Shown: positions 49,747-59,775, counted from the first letter of the stretch. The stretch is 64,000 bases of DNA from Escherichia coli (GCF_041248615.1 NZ_CP158425.1); one strand, 5' to 3'. Made by a program: numbers and translations. Notes: generated by a model from the letters alone, not told the origin.

Positions 49747-50682
49747 ATGAAAATTATCGAAAAAATCATTAATGCCTTTTTGGTTGTTCAACATAAAAAA
49801 ATACAGGTTAAAAACATTACATTTTTAGACAATGGGCAGGGCATGTTCTCTGGTATGTCTTTTGATGCTGATGTTTCACTGGAGTTTATGTATGAATCAG
49901 CAAAAGCATATAGTTCTTGTTTCTTTGATATTCCCTTTCCAGGTTTTGAAGATGCAAATCTGGAGGAAATTACGAAATTTCAATTAGATGCTTTGAAGCA
50001 AAGAAAGAATCATTCTTTCTTTGTTAACCATTTGAGGTTTCCTATAGTTTTAAGGGAAGGGTGCAAAATCGAAAGAGGAGAAGTCTATTCAATTTCGAAT
50101 TGCACTTATAATAAAGAAAGATTGCAGTATCTTTTTTCTCAGGATATTTACGGTAAGTTGTATAATTCCTTAGAGAAAGAATTAAGCTCGTTTTTCTCAT
50201 TTATCAATGTTGAGGTGCACGAGTTGTTAAAAGATGCTGTATGCTTTGCATTAAAAATCCTGAATAAGATATCTTTGGATACACCTGAAAGACTTATTAA
50301 AGCTTTTAATTATCGTGACTGGTATTGTAGTTACGATGTTGAGCTTTTTAGGAAAGGCTTACCTGGTCATATTCTGGAAGAGCTCATTGCTCCAGATATC
50401 TTACTTTCAGACCTTAACGGTTGTAGAAAAATACTTAGAAATGCAAAACGATTTCTAAATGGACATACACAAACCAATTGTGTTTATATTAAATATGAAT
50501 GGTGGTTGGGGCCTGTTGATACCTCACACTCAGCTAAGTTGATGTCTGACAAAGAAATTAATAACCGAAGTGACTTGAAGAATTTTTCAAAGGTCTTTTT
50601 CAAAGAGTGTTTAAGTTCTGGTAAGTCGGAATATGAAAACCATCTTAGTGAAAAAGAACATGCGCTTCGCTATAATTATTAA
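49747..50682 (+). CDS. Hypothetical ~300-aa protein, paralogue family member 2 (ORF-track start 49732 is TTG; ATG 49747 preferred)
   Basis: N-terminus KIIEKIINAFLVV...ITFLDNG follows the family pattern. Confidence 0.45.
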   Translation: MKIIEKIINAFLVVQHKKIQVKNITFLDNGQGMFSGMSFDADVSLEFMYESAKAYSSCFFDIPFPGFEDANLEEITKFQLDALKQRKNHSFFVNHLRFPIVLREGCKIERGEVYSISNCTYNKERLQYLFSQDIYGKLYNSLEKELSSFFSFINVEVHELLKDAVCFALKILNKISLDTPERLIKAFNYRDWYCSYDVELFRKGLPGHILEELIAPDILLSDLNGCRKILRNAKRFLNGHTQTNCVYIKYEWWLGPVDTSHSAKLMSDKEINNRSDLKNFSKVFFKECLSSGKSEYENHLSEKEHALRYNY

Positions 50683-50750
50683 TTAAAATTATTTTCTCCC
50701 ATAGGGATTTCTCCCTATGGGAGAAATCCCTCTATTAAGAGGGTATTGAA

Positions 50751-51671
50751 ATGAATGCTATACAAAAGTTAGTTGAATCTATTCTTGTTAAAATGGGTTT
50801 TGTTGGCGCTGTAGTGGAAAATATATATTTGGATTCAAAACCATTTCGGCATATTCGATTTGTGGCTGATATTCCAGTAATATCTTTTCTACCTCATTTG
50901 GTGAAATATCTTAAGGGTGCAGACCATCTTTACAGTGGTAACGATGATTTGCATCCTCTTTTCATTTATTTTTCCGAAGCGGCTACATTAAAAGCAGGTC
51001 CTGTAAATCTCGCGAACTTTCGTTTTGAAGTTTCTATAGCTTCAACTCATTTACGACTGGTCTCAGAGCAGCCTGATTTGCTTTTCAAAGGATTTAACCG
51101 GGATAATCTAGAATACGTTTATTACCGCTCAGATTTGGCCTCTAAGGATCTTATACTAGGCCTTGTTGAACACGGTTCTCCTTTCATAAAACATCTACAT
51201 GGACTTATACAAAAGCGAATTTTAAACGAGTTCTCTCTGATTTTTTCTGTTCTTGAAAAGATTTTAGAAAGCGCGAAGCCACAAATTCTTGCTTGCTTCC
51301 ATAGTGTTGATTATGAAATGAACGTAAAAATAATAGCCGAAGCTATACCTGAAACTGTATCTAATCAGATAGTCACATCTGATTATATAGTTAATTCTAT
51401 ATCAGATGCGGACAAGTTTATAAATCATGTTCGTCGCTATTTAGCAGGCAGGGTAATGAAGAGGCGGATATACGCTGAATTAGATGTTTGTGAAGAAACA
51501 TCAAGTATTTCACTAGTGAACTTAGGATGCTTTACGTCTCCTCTGCTCGTTACGGAATATCAAATGTTTAAGCCACACTCTTCAGGGTTATATCGAAAAG
51601 CTATAAACAACTCCTTAAAACAGTTCAAACCAGAAATGCATGTACCTTCTGAAGAACTCTTTTATAATTAA
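50751..51671 (+). CDS. Hypothetical ~300-aa protein, paralogue family member 3
   Basis: 306 aa; N-terminus IQKLVESILVKMGFVGAVVENIYLD. Confidence 0.45.
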   Translation: MNAIQKLVESILVKMGFVGAVVENIYLDSKPFRHIRFVADIPVISFLPHLVKYLKGADHLYSGNDDLHPLFIYFSEAATLKAGPVNLANFRFEVSIASTHLRLVSEQPDLLFKGFNRDNLEYVYYRSDLASKDLILGLVEHGSPFIKHLHGLIQKRILNEFSLIFSVLEKILESAKPQILACFHSVDYEMNVKIIAEAIPETVSNQIVTSDYIVNSISDADKFINHVRRYLAGRVMKRRIYAELDVCEETSSISLVNLGCFTSPLLVTEYQMFKPHSSGLYRKAINNSLKQFKPEMHVPSEELFYN

Positions 51672-51737
51672 TCTAACCCATCCGGGAACCTGCTTCCCGG
51701 TGGGAAGCACTTCCTTTTTAGTCATGAGGTAGTGTAA

Positions 51738-52676
51738 ATGTTTAAAGAATCTGACCACGTGGAATTTGTTAGTGCCTTTCTTTATCAAAATTTAGGCCTT
51801 AATGTTTCCGCTGACGATATAACCGTTCAATTATCTGATACTTCGTTCGACAAAGTAACCTTTGATTACGATGTAGATATCGATAATTTAAATTGTATGT
51901 TGGATCTCTACATATCTGAGCTAATAAAGCACAACGCATCTTACTCCGATTCTATTCTTTTGAAACAAAAAATAATTTATTTTCTTGGAGTATTTAAGAA
52001 TTTCGGATTTTTTACGTTTGATATTCGCGGATATAGTAATACTTTAAGCCCAGTTAAAGTTATTGATATTGTTTCAATGATTATTAATGACTGTGAAGAG
52101 TTATCTAAAGCTAATTCTTCTACTGATGCTATAAGAAATCTTTATCTCGATAAAATGAAGGTGGATGGGAAAGTGTTAGTTGCGAAATTTGCACTTAAAC
52201 AGTTTTTTCATTCCGACTTTGGTGACTTTATCTCATTTGTCGAGAAAAGAATTACAGATTGTCTTAATGAAACTTTAAGGATTATCAAAGCTGTTGAACA
52301 TGGCTTTGTACGTGTAGGGCAGCATAAGATTAATCGCCGTATTAATGATGACTTAAAGTTATGCATTGATTTCAATACTGATGATTATCCGGCAAATATG
52401 CCAGATATATATATTAAGTTTAACGATACATTTGATGGGAACGGGGCGTTATATTGTGACAATGATGCCCTCATATCCCTCTATACCGATGTTGCTTCAA
52501 TTATCAATGTGCCGGTGATGATGGAAGTAAGATTGATCAATAAAAGAGGGCGTGTTGTCTGTGATTCTTCGCATTCAACTTACGTATCTCTCGAAAGTAA
52601 TGACCGATACAGAGTAACTGATCGCACATTACTAATAACTGAAGCTTTTGACGATTTTCGTAACGCGTCTCAATGA
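51738..52676 (+). CDS. Hypothetical ~300-aa protein, paralogue family member 4
   Basis: Clearly paralogous to member 5 (VDGKVLVAKFALKQFFHSDFGDFISFVEKRIT versus VDGQVMIARFALQQFWDTHFIGLITFVSESIT); same upstream context GAGGTAGTGTA(A/T)ATG. Confidence 0.5.
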   Translation: MFKESDHVEFVSAFLYQNLGLNVSADDITVQLSDTSFDKVTFDYDVDIDNLNCMLDLYISELIKHNASYSDSILLKQKIIYFLGVFKNFGFFTFDIRGYSNTLSPVKVIDIVSMIINDCEELSKANSSTDAIRNLYLDKMKVDGKVLVAKFALKQFFHSDFGDFISFVEKRITDCLNETLRIIKAVEHGFVRVGQHKINRRINDDLKLCIDFNTDDYPANMPDIYIKFNDTFDGNGALYCDNDALISLYTDVASIINVPVMMEVRLINKRGRVVCDSSHSTYVSLESNDRYRVTDRTLLITEAFDDFRNASQ

Positions 52677-52847
52677 TCCTTTTGCTTCAGTCCAAAAAAG
52701 TAACTTTGGTTGGCTGAAGACACTTGTCTATGACAATGTAAAATCTGTCGCTGGCATCTTCTTTTAGCTTAACCAAATTTTTATCTAACCCAGTGGGGAA
52801 GTCGCTTCCCTTCTGGGGCACTTCCTCTCAAATTCGAGGTAGTGTAT

Positions 52848-53804
52848 ATGACACATTCATCTGATGATAAAAACTATGTCCGAGCAGTTCTGAGTTATCT
52901 TGGCATAGATTTTGATGAGGCGGATATAGTATTAAGTGTTTGCCATTGTCAAAGTGACGAGCTTTCTTTTACCTGTAATATCAAAGCTATTGAACTCAAG
53001 AATGCTGTTGATTTATATGTCGATAGTATCTCTGAGAATGAAATAGAAGCTTTAAACAGAGAATCTTTAAAATCGCGACTCTGTTACTTTCTTGAGGTGT
53101 TTGACGCAGTCTCTGGTCAGTACCTTGAAATTTCAGGAAAACACTTTGCAACTAGTCGTTTTGAATATGATGATGTTTGTAGTGAAGTTCTTAGCATGTC
53201 TAATGATGTTTCTCAGTCGAAAGGTTATGACCGGGATGAATATAACAGACTGATGCAGGTTGATGGTCAGGTTATGATTGCCCGTTTTGCTTTGCAACAG
53301 TTCTGGGATACTCATTTTATTGGACTAATAACATTTGTATCTGAGTCTATAACATCGAGCCTCTATAAAGCTTATGAAACTTTTAGTGATATTAGTTTGG
53401 CTTGCTATAAACTGAGTGAATATTCTTATTCACGCTCTATCAACAGTGAATTGACCCTTAATATTTCACTTAAAGAAAATGACTTCTGTGAGGACCTATC
53501 TGATTGCTATATGGAAGATGAGGCTTTACCTTCTGGTAGGGTAATTTCTCGACGCAACAATGACTCCATAATAAGTATTTATGAGAGCTATGCTGCGGCT
53601 TCTTATATTCCGATGATTGCATCTTTGGAAGTCGTTGATGAATACGGCGAAGTGGTTACTGACCTCTGCCATACCGTTTATGTTTCAGAGTTAACCGGTG
53701 GGCGGATTAAAATCCACGACCGTAATGACTTAGTATCTGAAGTTTTCGATAACCTAAGAAATTTAAATCTTGCAGTTGGAGATTCAGTTTCACAAGCTGC
53801 TTGA
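52848..53804 (+). CDS. Hypothetical ~300-aa protein, paralogue family member 5 (ORF-track start 52842 is GTG)
   Basis: Paralogue of 51738-52676 along the whole length. Confidence 0.5.
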   Translation: MTHSSDDKNYVRAVLSYLGIDFDEADIVLSVCHCQSDELSFTCNIKAIELKNAVDLYVDSISENEIEALNRESLKSRLCYFLEVFDAVSGQYLEISGKHFATSRFEYDDVCSEVLSMSNDVSQSKGYDRDEYNRLMQVDGQVMIARFALQQFWDTHFIGLITFVSESITSSLYKAYETFSDISLACYKLSEYSYSRSINSELTLNISLKENDFCEDLSDCYMEDEALPSGRVISRRNNDSIISIYESYAAASYIPMIASLEVVDEYGEVVTDLCHTVYVSELTGGRIKIHDRNDLVSEVFDNLRNLNLAVGDSVSQAA

Positions 53805-53843
53805 TTCTTTCCCTGATTTTGATTTTTTCTCACATACTCTTAT

Positions 53844-53867
53844 GGCACGGTTTCCGTGCCTTTTTTT
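53844..53867 (+). terminator. Intrinsic terminator closing the paralogue operon
   Basis: GGCACGG ttt CCGTGCC then 7 T. Confidence 0.65.
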
Positions 53868-54036
53868 GCCTCGCTTACAAGCGTCTACTCCTCTTCTACC
53901 TATCCCACCTTACATCACCACTTAAAATCTATCTTTCTAATTCCATTATCCTTTTCGTAGCCTCTAATGCTCTGGTATGAACATACTCTTTAAACTCAAA
54001 AAAGTGCTATTAACGAAAAAAAATCCCTAAAGAGAT

Positions 54037-54342
54037 TTGTATACTGTTCTCAACCAAGGAGAGCTCATGAATGAACTAAAATCCAAAAACGAGAACAGTA
54101 CCAAAAGCAACTTTCCCCCGGTTGATAATCAGTTTTGCTTTTACCATGTTGATTTCAGCATAGAACGACTACTTTCTACGGCCGAGGATCTCCAGCTTGA
54201 GTACATCTTCCAGAAACCTGGAAGTGAAGTAAGAAAGGATTTGGTTGAGCGATTTGAACGTGGAGAGCGCTTTGTTACAGCTTCACACTGTGACAATTTC
54301 TGTGAAATCCTTGGTTGTCAAGGCCATCAGGAAAATGCATAA
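54037..54342 (+). CDS. Hypothetical protein
   Basis: 101-aa ORF. Confidence 0.3.
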   Translation: MYTVLNQGELMNELKSKNENSTKSNFPPVDNQFCFYHVDFSIERLLSTAEDLQLEYIFQKPGSEVRKDLVERFERGERFVTASHCDNFCEILGCQGHQENA

Positions 54343-54386
54343 ACCCATAAACCTACATTTCCACTTTTAAGGATGTTCACTAAAGA

Positions 54387-54977
54387 ATGATTGGAGAAAG
54401 TATTTTTGACTGGGTAATTTACGGAATATCCATTTTGATATTTGCCTCAGCACTAATTGAAGGAAAGACAACTCGCTACCCAGCACTTTTTTTCTATGGG
54501 AGTTTAATTTTAATGTTAATCCTGATAGTTGCTGGAGGCCTTAACTGGTGGTTCTACAGGTCAAAATATGGCGCAGTAATCGTTATCTTCACAGTGGTTT
54601 CTTTACTGATGACTCGATTCCGCCTGGTCATATATAAATTAAGATTAAGAAAGTTAGTTTCAGAGATCAGATTTCGTATAAAAACGGGTTTTCGTATAAT
54701 TCTTGTTTTGTCGGATAATGAGGATGAGCGTAATGTTCTGCTGTCTATGCTTAGCAACGTATTGCCAGAGCAAACGCTTATTCACACGCGTGATGCTCTC
54801 GGACCTCATTCAGGGCCTATCCTAAAAGCTCTTGAGCTACATCATCAACAGGGAACAGGTTACATACTCGTCTGTGAACAACAAATCTCAGCGCGTACGT
54901 GGTTGAGTATCGTAGAAAATGGGAAACCTGATACATCTATAGCTGTTAATTTTCATTCGATCCCAGAAATGGAGTGA
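54387..54977 (+). CDS. Hypothetical membrane protein (3 TM helices plus cytoplasmic domain)
   Basis: 196 aa with hydrophobic N-terminal half. Confidence 0.4.
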   Translation: MIGESIFDWVIYGISILIFASALIEGKTTRYPALFFYGSLILMLILIVAGGLNWWFYRSKYGAVIVIFTVVSLLMTRFRLVIYKLRLRKLVSEIRFRIKTGFRIILVLSDNEDERNVLLSMLSNVLPEQTLIHTRDALGPHSGPILKALELHHQQGTGYILVCEQQISARTWLSIVENGKPDTSIAVNFHSIPEME

Positions 54978-54984
54978 TTTTTCA

Positions 54985-55242
54985 ATGAGTAGAACCGTTT
55001 CACAAAGTGTCACAGAAGATTGTCTTTTTGATACCCGCACACAAGTCAGATTACAACTAAGTCGAAGCGTTCATAAAACGCTGGCATCTGCTAAAGAAAT
55101 TTTACAGGGAAGGGGGGTTGATTCGGTCTCTATTGAAGATCTTGTGCGAGCCTGTCTTGAAGAGAACCAGCCAATTGATCTCGCCTCACTTTACCTTGAA
55201 AATCTCTTAAAACAGAAAGGTACCAGCATTTGCGATTTTTAG
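54985..55242 (+). CDS. Hypothetical small protein
   Basis: 85-aa ORF 7 nt after the previous stop. Confidence 0.3.
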   Translation: MSRTVSQSVTEDCLFDTRTQVRLQLSRSVHKTLASAKEILQGRGVDSVSIEDLVRACLEENQPIDLASLYLENLLKQKGTSICDF

Positions 55243-55315
55243 TGTTTTCAAACCTATTAGATAAAATGCCGGTTGTGTTTATATAACATCAATAATTTCA
55301 TGCAACAGGTAAAAC

Positions 55316-55852
55316 ATGAGTACTCAAAAGCAACTTTCCAGAACAACCGGCACTGAACGTATGTTTAAGGAAGAGCTGGCGTTATCCTTAATTTGTTGGG
55401 TTTTCACCAGTCCATTTACCAACTGGACCGATAAAGTCTTCAGTGGTATTGAAGTTCCGTCTGAAGGACCGTCAACATTACTGGGTGAGGCTGAAAAATT
55501 CTTTCGTTTTGTCGTTAATGAAGAAGGCTACGACGCAGGAAGGGCTGCTCTTGGTCTTGACCTATGTTGTTTTTCACTTCCGTCGTGTTTGTTCCCGGAC
55601 GCTGCCCTGTCTGAGGAAGAGGTTATGAGTAAGTTAACCGGAGAAGTTATCCATGGGATTCTTCTTTCCTTACCTGAATTTATTGATATGCCAGAAGTGC
55701 TCGCTTACCAGGTCAGGGATGAAATTCTTGCTTTTAACACTCGCTGTGGAGACGGGATCTTTCATGGTTGGAACACGGCTTCAGAATTGTGGAAGTTTGA
55801 AATCTTTCCCCGCACCACCATCATGATGCAGCATACTTCGGCAATACATTAA
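55316..55852 (+). CDS. Hypothetical protein
   Basis: 178-aa ORF. Confidence 0.35.
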   Translation: MSTQKQLSRTTGTERMFKEELALSLICWVFTSPFTNWTDKVFSGIEVPSEGPSTLLGEAEKFFRFVVNEEGYDAGRAALGLDLCCFSLPSCLFPDAALSEEEVMSKLTGEVIHGILLSLPEFIDMPEVLAYQVRDEILAFNTRCGDGIFHGWNTASELWKFEIFPRTTIMMQHTSAIH

Positions 55853-55868
55853 AATTAGGCGGGGCAGA

Positions 55869-56315
55869 ATGCATAAAAAACTTTTTCTTCTCGAATGGAA
55901 ACCCTGTCAGAGCCGCGTATGGGCCGGTTGGATGGCCCTGTGGTTGACTATCAGTTTTCTGATGTTATCTGCCTTGCTTATGACAGATCATCTCCTGAAC
56001 AAAGTCATCCTGCCGCCAACATGGTTGTTGATCTGGTTTTCGCCAATGCTGGGGTTTTTGATAAAAGTTCGCGTCGTCGAAACTCAACATTTCCTGGAGC
56101 ATGACCTCTGTGTTGCAGGTTTCTCTTTTTACCGCTGGAAGAGGTTAGTTTCTCCCGGGCTTTGGTCAGTTGACTGTATAAATGGTCGTTTTCGCCTCAA
56201 TCGGATCACCCAGGTGGGTAAGACTATCCACTATCCATGGCGTCTCCATTATCATCCTTTGTTCATGAGCCCTATCGAACATAAATCGCATGCTGTGAAA
56301 GCTGTTTCAAAATGA
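55869..56315 (+). CDS. Hypothetical membrane protein
   Basis: 148 aa; two hydrophobic segments, Trp-rich. Confidence 0.35.
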   Translation: MHKKLFLLEWKPCQSRVWAGWMALWLTISFLMLSALLMTDHLLNKVILPPTWLLIWFSPMLGFLIKVRVVETQHFLEHDLCVAGFSFYRWKRLVSPGLWSVDCINGRFRLNRITQVGKTIHYPWRLHYHPLFMSPIEHKSHAVKAVSK

Positions 56316-56387
56316 CTTCTTTAGAGGTTTACATGACATTTATGTTCTGCAAGGTCAGCCAGGGCAGCAAAATTGATTTGAAATAAC

Positions 56388-57368
56388 ATGAGCCTGGAGA
56401 AACGTATGAGTTATGACGATTTGCCCTATTTTCGTGACCAGATTCTGGAACGTATCGACTCGCTTAAGTGTTTTCTTTCGAACACCCCCCCGCTGATGGC
56501 AAACCTGATGACTGTCTCCACCGTATCTCGAACAGAAGAGCGACTGAAGCAGGTTAAACCCATCAGGGTTAGTGTTAAAGACGATGCTTCGGTTGAGGAA
56601 ATTATTCAGGCACTTACTGACATCTGTGTGGATGACATAGAGTCATTAAGTCATGATTCCACCAAAGTGACCACTAAATACCCGGGTCTTATCATTGTCC
56701 CAGAAAGAGCAGATCTTCTCGAAAGCTTGATCACATCTATAAATGAAGCAAAAAATGATTTTGCTGCGGCAATGAGGCGTATCGATAATAAAAAGAATGT
56801 CCGTTTTGATAAAGTGCACAAGAAGCTCCCGGGCCTTGTCGCTATGCACTCAACAAGAAATGTCCTTTTCATCAAGTCCCAGCTTAAAAAAGTTACTTTT
56901 TCATGGCGGCTAAACCGAAACCAGGAAGTTAAAACAGCAGAGCAACTTGTGAGTTTGTTGGAGCGCAGGAGAGCCTCAGAAGTAAAAAATGTAGCAACTA
57001 CCAATTTGAATGTCGTGTCTAATATCGATAAGGCTTTACACCGTCTTGAATTTCACCCACTGAAGCAGGGCGAATCTTATCGCCTTTGTCGAACTAACTC
57101 TTTCCCTGTTCCGATTGCTCACATTTTTGCATTTAGGCCTGAAGGGCAGGAACGAAACGGGAATAAATATGCTGAGACTGATTATTCAGTAGTAAAAGCA
57201 TCCTTGCCCATTTTCGCAGCAGGCAACATACCTCAATTAAAAACGCTCTCTGACTGGGCTCCTGAAAACAGCCAGGGCCCGTCCAACCAACGGAAGCTGA
57301 GCCTGAAATATACAGAACTCGTGCCGGGGGCTGAGCTGGGCATTTTCATTGTCAGCCCCGAAAATTAA
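56388..57368 (+). CDS. Hypothetical protein
   Basis: 326-aa ORF. Confidence 0.4.
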   Translation: MSLEKRMSYDDLPYFRDQILERIDSLKCFLSNTPPLMANLMTVSTVSRTEERLKQVKPIRVSVKDDASVEEIIQALTDICVDDIESLSHDSTKVTTKYPGLIIVPERADLLESLITSINEAKNDFAAAMRRIDNKKNVRFDKVHKKLPGLVAMHSTRNVLFIKSQLKKVTFSWRLNRNQEVKTAEQLVSLLERRRASEVKNVATTNLNVVSNIDKALHRLEFHPLKQGESYRLCRTNSFPVPIAHIFAFRPEGQERNGNKYAETDYSVVKASLPIFAAGNIPQLKTLSDWAPENSQGPSNQRKLSLKYTELVPGAELGIFIVSPEN

Positions 57369-57377
57369 GGAACAACA

Positions 57378-58283
57378 ATGCAATGGATTTCCACAGCCAG
57401 CCAGAAAATCGATGAGCGTCTCTATCGTGTCTGCGTCTGGGTAAAAAAATATCACGCTGATGCGATTAACCGCGTTGTGCTTACCGTTGATCTAAGTAAA
57501 GCCCGACATGACCCTGACGAGGACCAGGTAAGAGCAGAGCTGCTGTGCGGCCATTATTTTTTGCTTCGTAAGGAAAACGCTTCGAACTCTGCGCCTGACG
57601 ATCAAAAGTTTGCTTTCCTGCCTGACGGGCGCAATCTGTGTTGGCAGACCGCAACCCCGGTGCTTCAGCATCTCCTGCTCAATAAAAACGTTCCTGAGTC
57701 GCTGAGGTTGCTTACGGACTACATACATATGCGTCTGGCCAGGCTGACAATGGTACCAATGTCCGGAACCATCATGAACGAGGCTCTGCTGGACAGCATC
57801 AGCTGGGTTAAGGTGGATTTGACCTACTTCTGGCAGTATGAACAGCTCAGCTCTCATCTGGGACCCATCCAGATAACCCACAAGGCACTAGTACGCTTCG
57901 GGCATCTGGCAAAGAATGATGAAAACTCCAGTGCCATAAGAATCCTGCGTCAGCGTCTGTCTTCAGAATTCTTACAAGAATTTCAGATGGCTGAGGATGA
58001 GCTAAAGCGCAAACAGTCGTTGATGGGCACCATGGACGTGAAAATGCTGTTTCATGCTCATTACCCCAGCCAGAAGATGCTGGTGGCTCGATATAAAAAT
58101 GGTTGGGTAATGGTGGATTGTTTTCTGTTTCATCATACCAAACCTAAGAAAAAAGCAAAAAACAAAACTACTGTGGCTAAGCCTCAACTTAAAGAGACTA
58201 AAAGAGAAGGGAGTGAAAATGGAACTGGGCATTATGGTGTGCATCGTGTTGTTACTCTCCGTGGCGGCGGCGTGGATCAGTAA
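57378..58283 (+). CDS. Hypothetical protein
   Basis: 301-aa ORF 9 nt after the previous stop. Confidence 0.4.
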   Translation: MQWISTASQKIDERLYRVCVWVKKYHADAINRVVLTVDLSKARHDPDEDQVRAELLCGHYFLLRKENASNSAPDDQKFAFLPDGRNLCWQTATPVLQHLLLNKNVPESLRLLTDYIHMRLARLTMVPMSGTIMNEALLDSISWVKVDLTYFWQYEQLSSHLGPIQITHKALVRFGHLAKNDENSSAIRILRQRLSSEFLQEFQMAEDELKRKQSLMGTMDVKMLFHAHYPSQKMLVARYKNGWVMVDCFLFHHTKPKKKAKNKTTVAKPQLKETKREGSENGTGHYGVHRVVTLRGGGVDQ

Positions 58284-58563
58284 TAAGACAGTTGATTTGC
58301 TCGAAAGATTCTATTTCAAGCGTCCGCTGAGCATGGAGTACGCGGCATGGCTACGTGTAATGTGTGCAGGCTTGTTATTGGTTTTTATTCAGGTTGCTCC
58401 ACAATTTACACTTCTGTATACCCTTAAACTTGTCACGCTTATTAATCTTGGAATCCAGACAATGAAATTAAATGGCGTGTACAAATATAAAAGAACGGGA
58501 ATTTTGCCTCCGGGAGGGGCACTCTCTAATCTCACCAGACTTAACCCGTTCAAGAAAAAATAA
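58213..58563 (+). CDS. Hypothetical small membrane protein (overlaps upstream gene; true start may be internal)
   Basis: 116 aa with two TM segments. Confidence 0.3.
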   Translation: MKMELGIMVCIVLLLSVAAAWISNKTVDLLERFYFKRPLSMEYAAWLRVMCAGLLLVFIQVAPQFTLLYTLKLVTLINLGIQTMKLNGVYKYKRTGILPPGGALSNLTRLNPFKKK

Positions 58564-58584
58564 AGTTATGCGCCCGTGAGGGCG

Positions 58585-59775
58585 CTATTCATCAAAGGCA
58601 TTTCGCATAAGCTTGATCATTGCTTTTTTACCAGCTTCAATATTACGAATGTAGCGCATAACCATTTCTTCATTCGACCAGTTCCCCATTTCCATAATCT
58701 GTGGTAGCGAGTAACCTTCAATATTTAGCTGTATCGCTCCGCCTACACGAACGCTGTGCCCTGTCCAGTAACGAGTTTTAGTCTCATTTGGATAAAGCTC
58801 ATTCCACATCTCTTTAAATGCTCGTAAAAGGGAATTTTTGCTGAGCATACCGGCATCGTCCACAGTGTCTTCTTCATCTTCATCTTCATCGTTCAGAAGA
58901 CTTTGCTTAGCACGATAGGGTAGGTTATGCCTTTTAAGAAGTTCAGATAGCTCATTCCCCTTACTCCGAAGCTTCCAGCCGGGTGGCATATAGCCTGTAT
59001 CATGGAAATTTACGGCCTGGAAAAGGAATTCATCCGGATGACTGTGCTGATCCATTTTCACGAGGTTCATCAATCTCAAGAGGCAGTTAGTTAACTGACG
59101 TGTCAGCCGGTAGGTAAGAAGTGTACTAATGTTCGTTTTTGTACGGTATACCGTCAGGTTAAATTCACCGGTCATACTATCCAGAGACAGATCTTTCAGA
59201 CGTATACGTCGAATTTCGGATGAACGGAGCAGTGTTTCAAAGCCTGTCCAGATCAGGCACAGGTCACGAAGTTTACGAACTGAGTTTGTAGTACTGCGTA
59301 ACTTTATCAGAGCCTTGAGATCGCCAATAAGAAAGGGAGTTGCCTGTTTAGTCGTCTTTCGCTTCCGGGCTTCCGATTGTTTTAAGGCTTCCAGCATGTA
59401 CCATGCTTCAGACGTAATAATCCCGGGCAGGTTAAGCCCTTTTTTATGGATACTATTTAAGGCCTGAAGACAGCTGTTTATGCTGCTTCGTGACAATTTG
59501 CCTTCAAGATGCCCCATAAACGCAAGCAGAGCGTCCTCAGACACGGGGAGCGAACTTACTGGCCAGTCTGTATGCAACCGGGCATTCGCCAGATACCATT
59601 CGTTCCATACTCGTAGCCAGTGCAGATAGGTTTTAGCAGTGTTGTATCTCAGATGGGAAAAGTAACGGATCAAGCGTGAAAGCTGTTTATCATGGTTGCC
59701 GAACGTTTCCAGCTGCTGATGCAATTCGCTTTCCGAAAACTGTCTGATCACTGATTGATTCTTCATCCTGCTCAC
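58585..59775 (-). CDS. Tyrosine site-specific recombinase (integrase/resolvase family)
   Basis: 396 aa; C-terminal catalytic pattern (HSVRVGGA... nucleophile Tyr in MVMRYIRNI); SAM-like N-terminal domain; GCGCCC gtga GGGCGC hairpin at its 3' end (58570-58585). Confidence 0.75.
   Translation of the reverse strand: MSRMKNQSVIRQFSESELHQQLETFGNHDKQLSRLIRYFSHLRYNTAKTYLHWLRVWNEWYLANARLHTDWPVSSLPVSEDALLAFMGHLEGKLSRSSINSCLQALNSIHKKGLNLPGIITSEAWYMLEALKQSEARKRKTTKQATPFLIGDLKALIKLRSTTNSVRKLRDLCLIWTGFETLLRSSEIRRIRLKDLSLDSMTGEFNLTVYRTKTNISTLLTYRLTRQLTNCLLRLMNLVKMDQHSHPDEFLFQAVNFHDTGYMPPGWKLRSKGNELSELLKRHNLPYRAKQSLLNDEDEDEEDTVDDAGMLSKNSLLRAFKEMWNELYPNETKTRYWTGHSVRVGGAIQLNIEGYSLPQIMEMGNWSNEEMVMRYIRNIEAGKKAMIKLMRNAFDE

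Noticed and set aside
43053-52847. Tracked start codons at 43053, 49732 and 52842
   Set aside because: These are TTG/GTG codons lying inside or immediately after the upstream hairpin and T-run; downstream ATGs (43065, 49747, 52848) have better RBS spacing.
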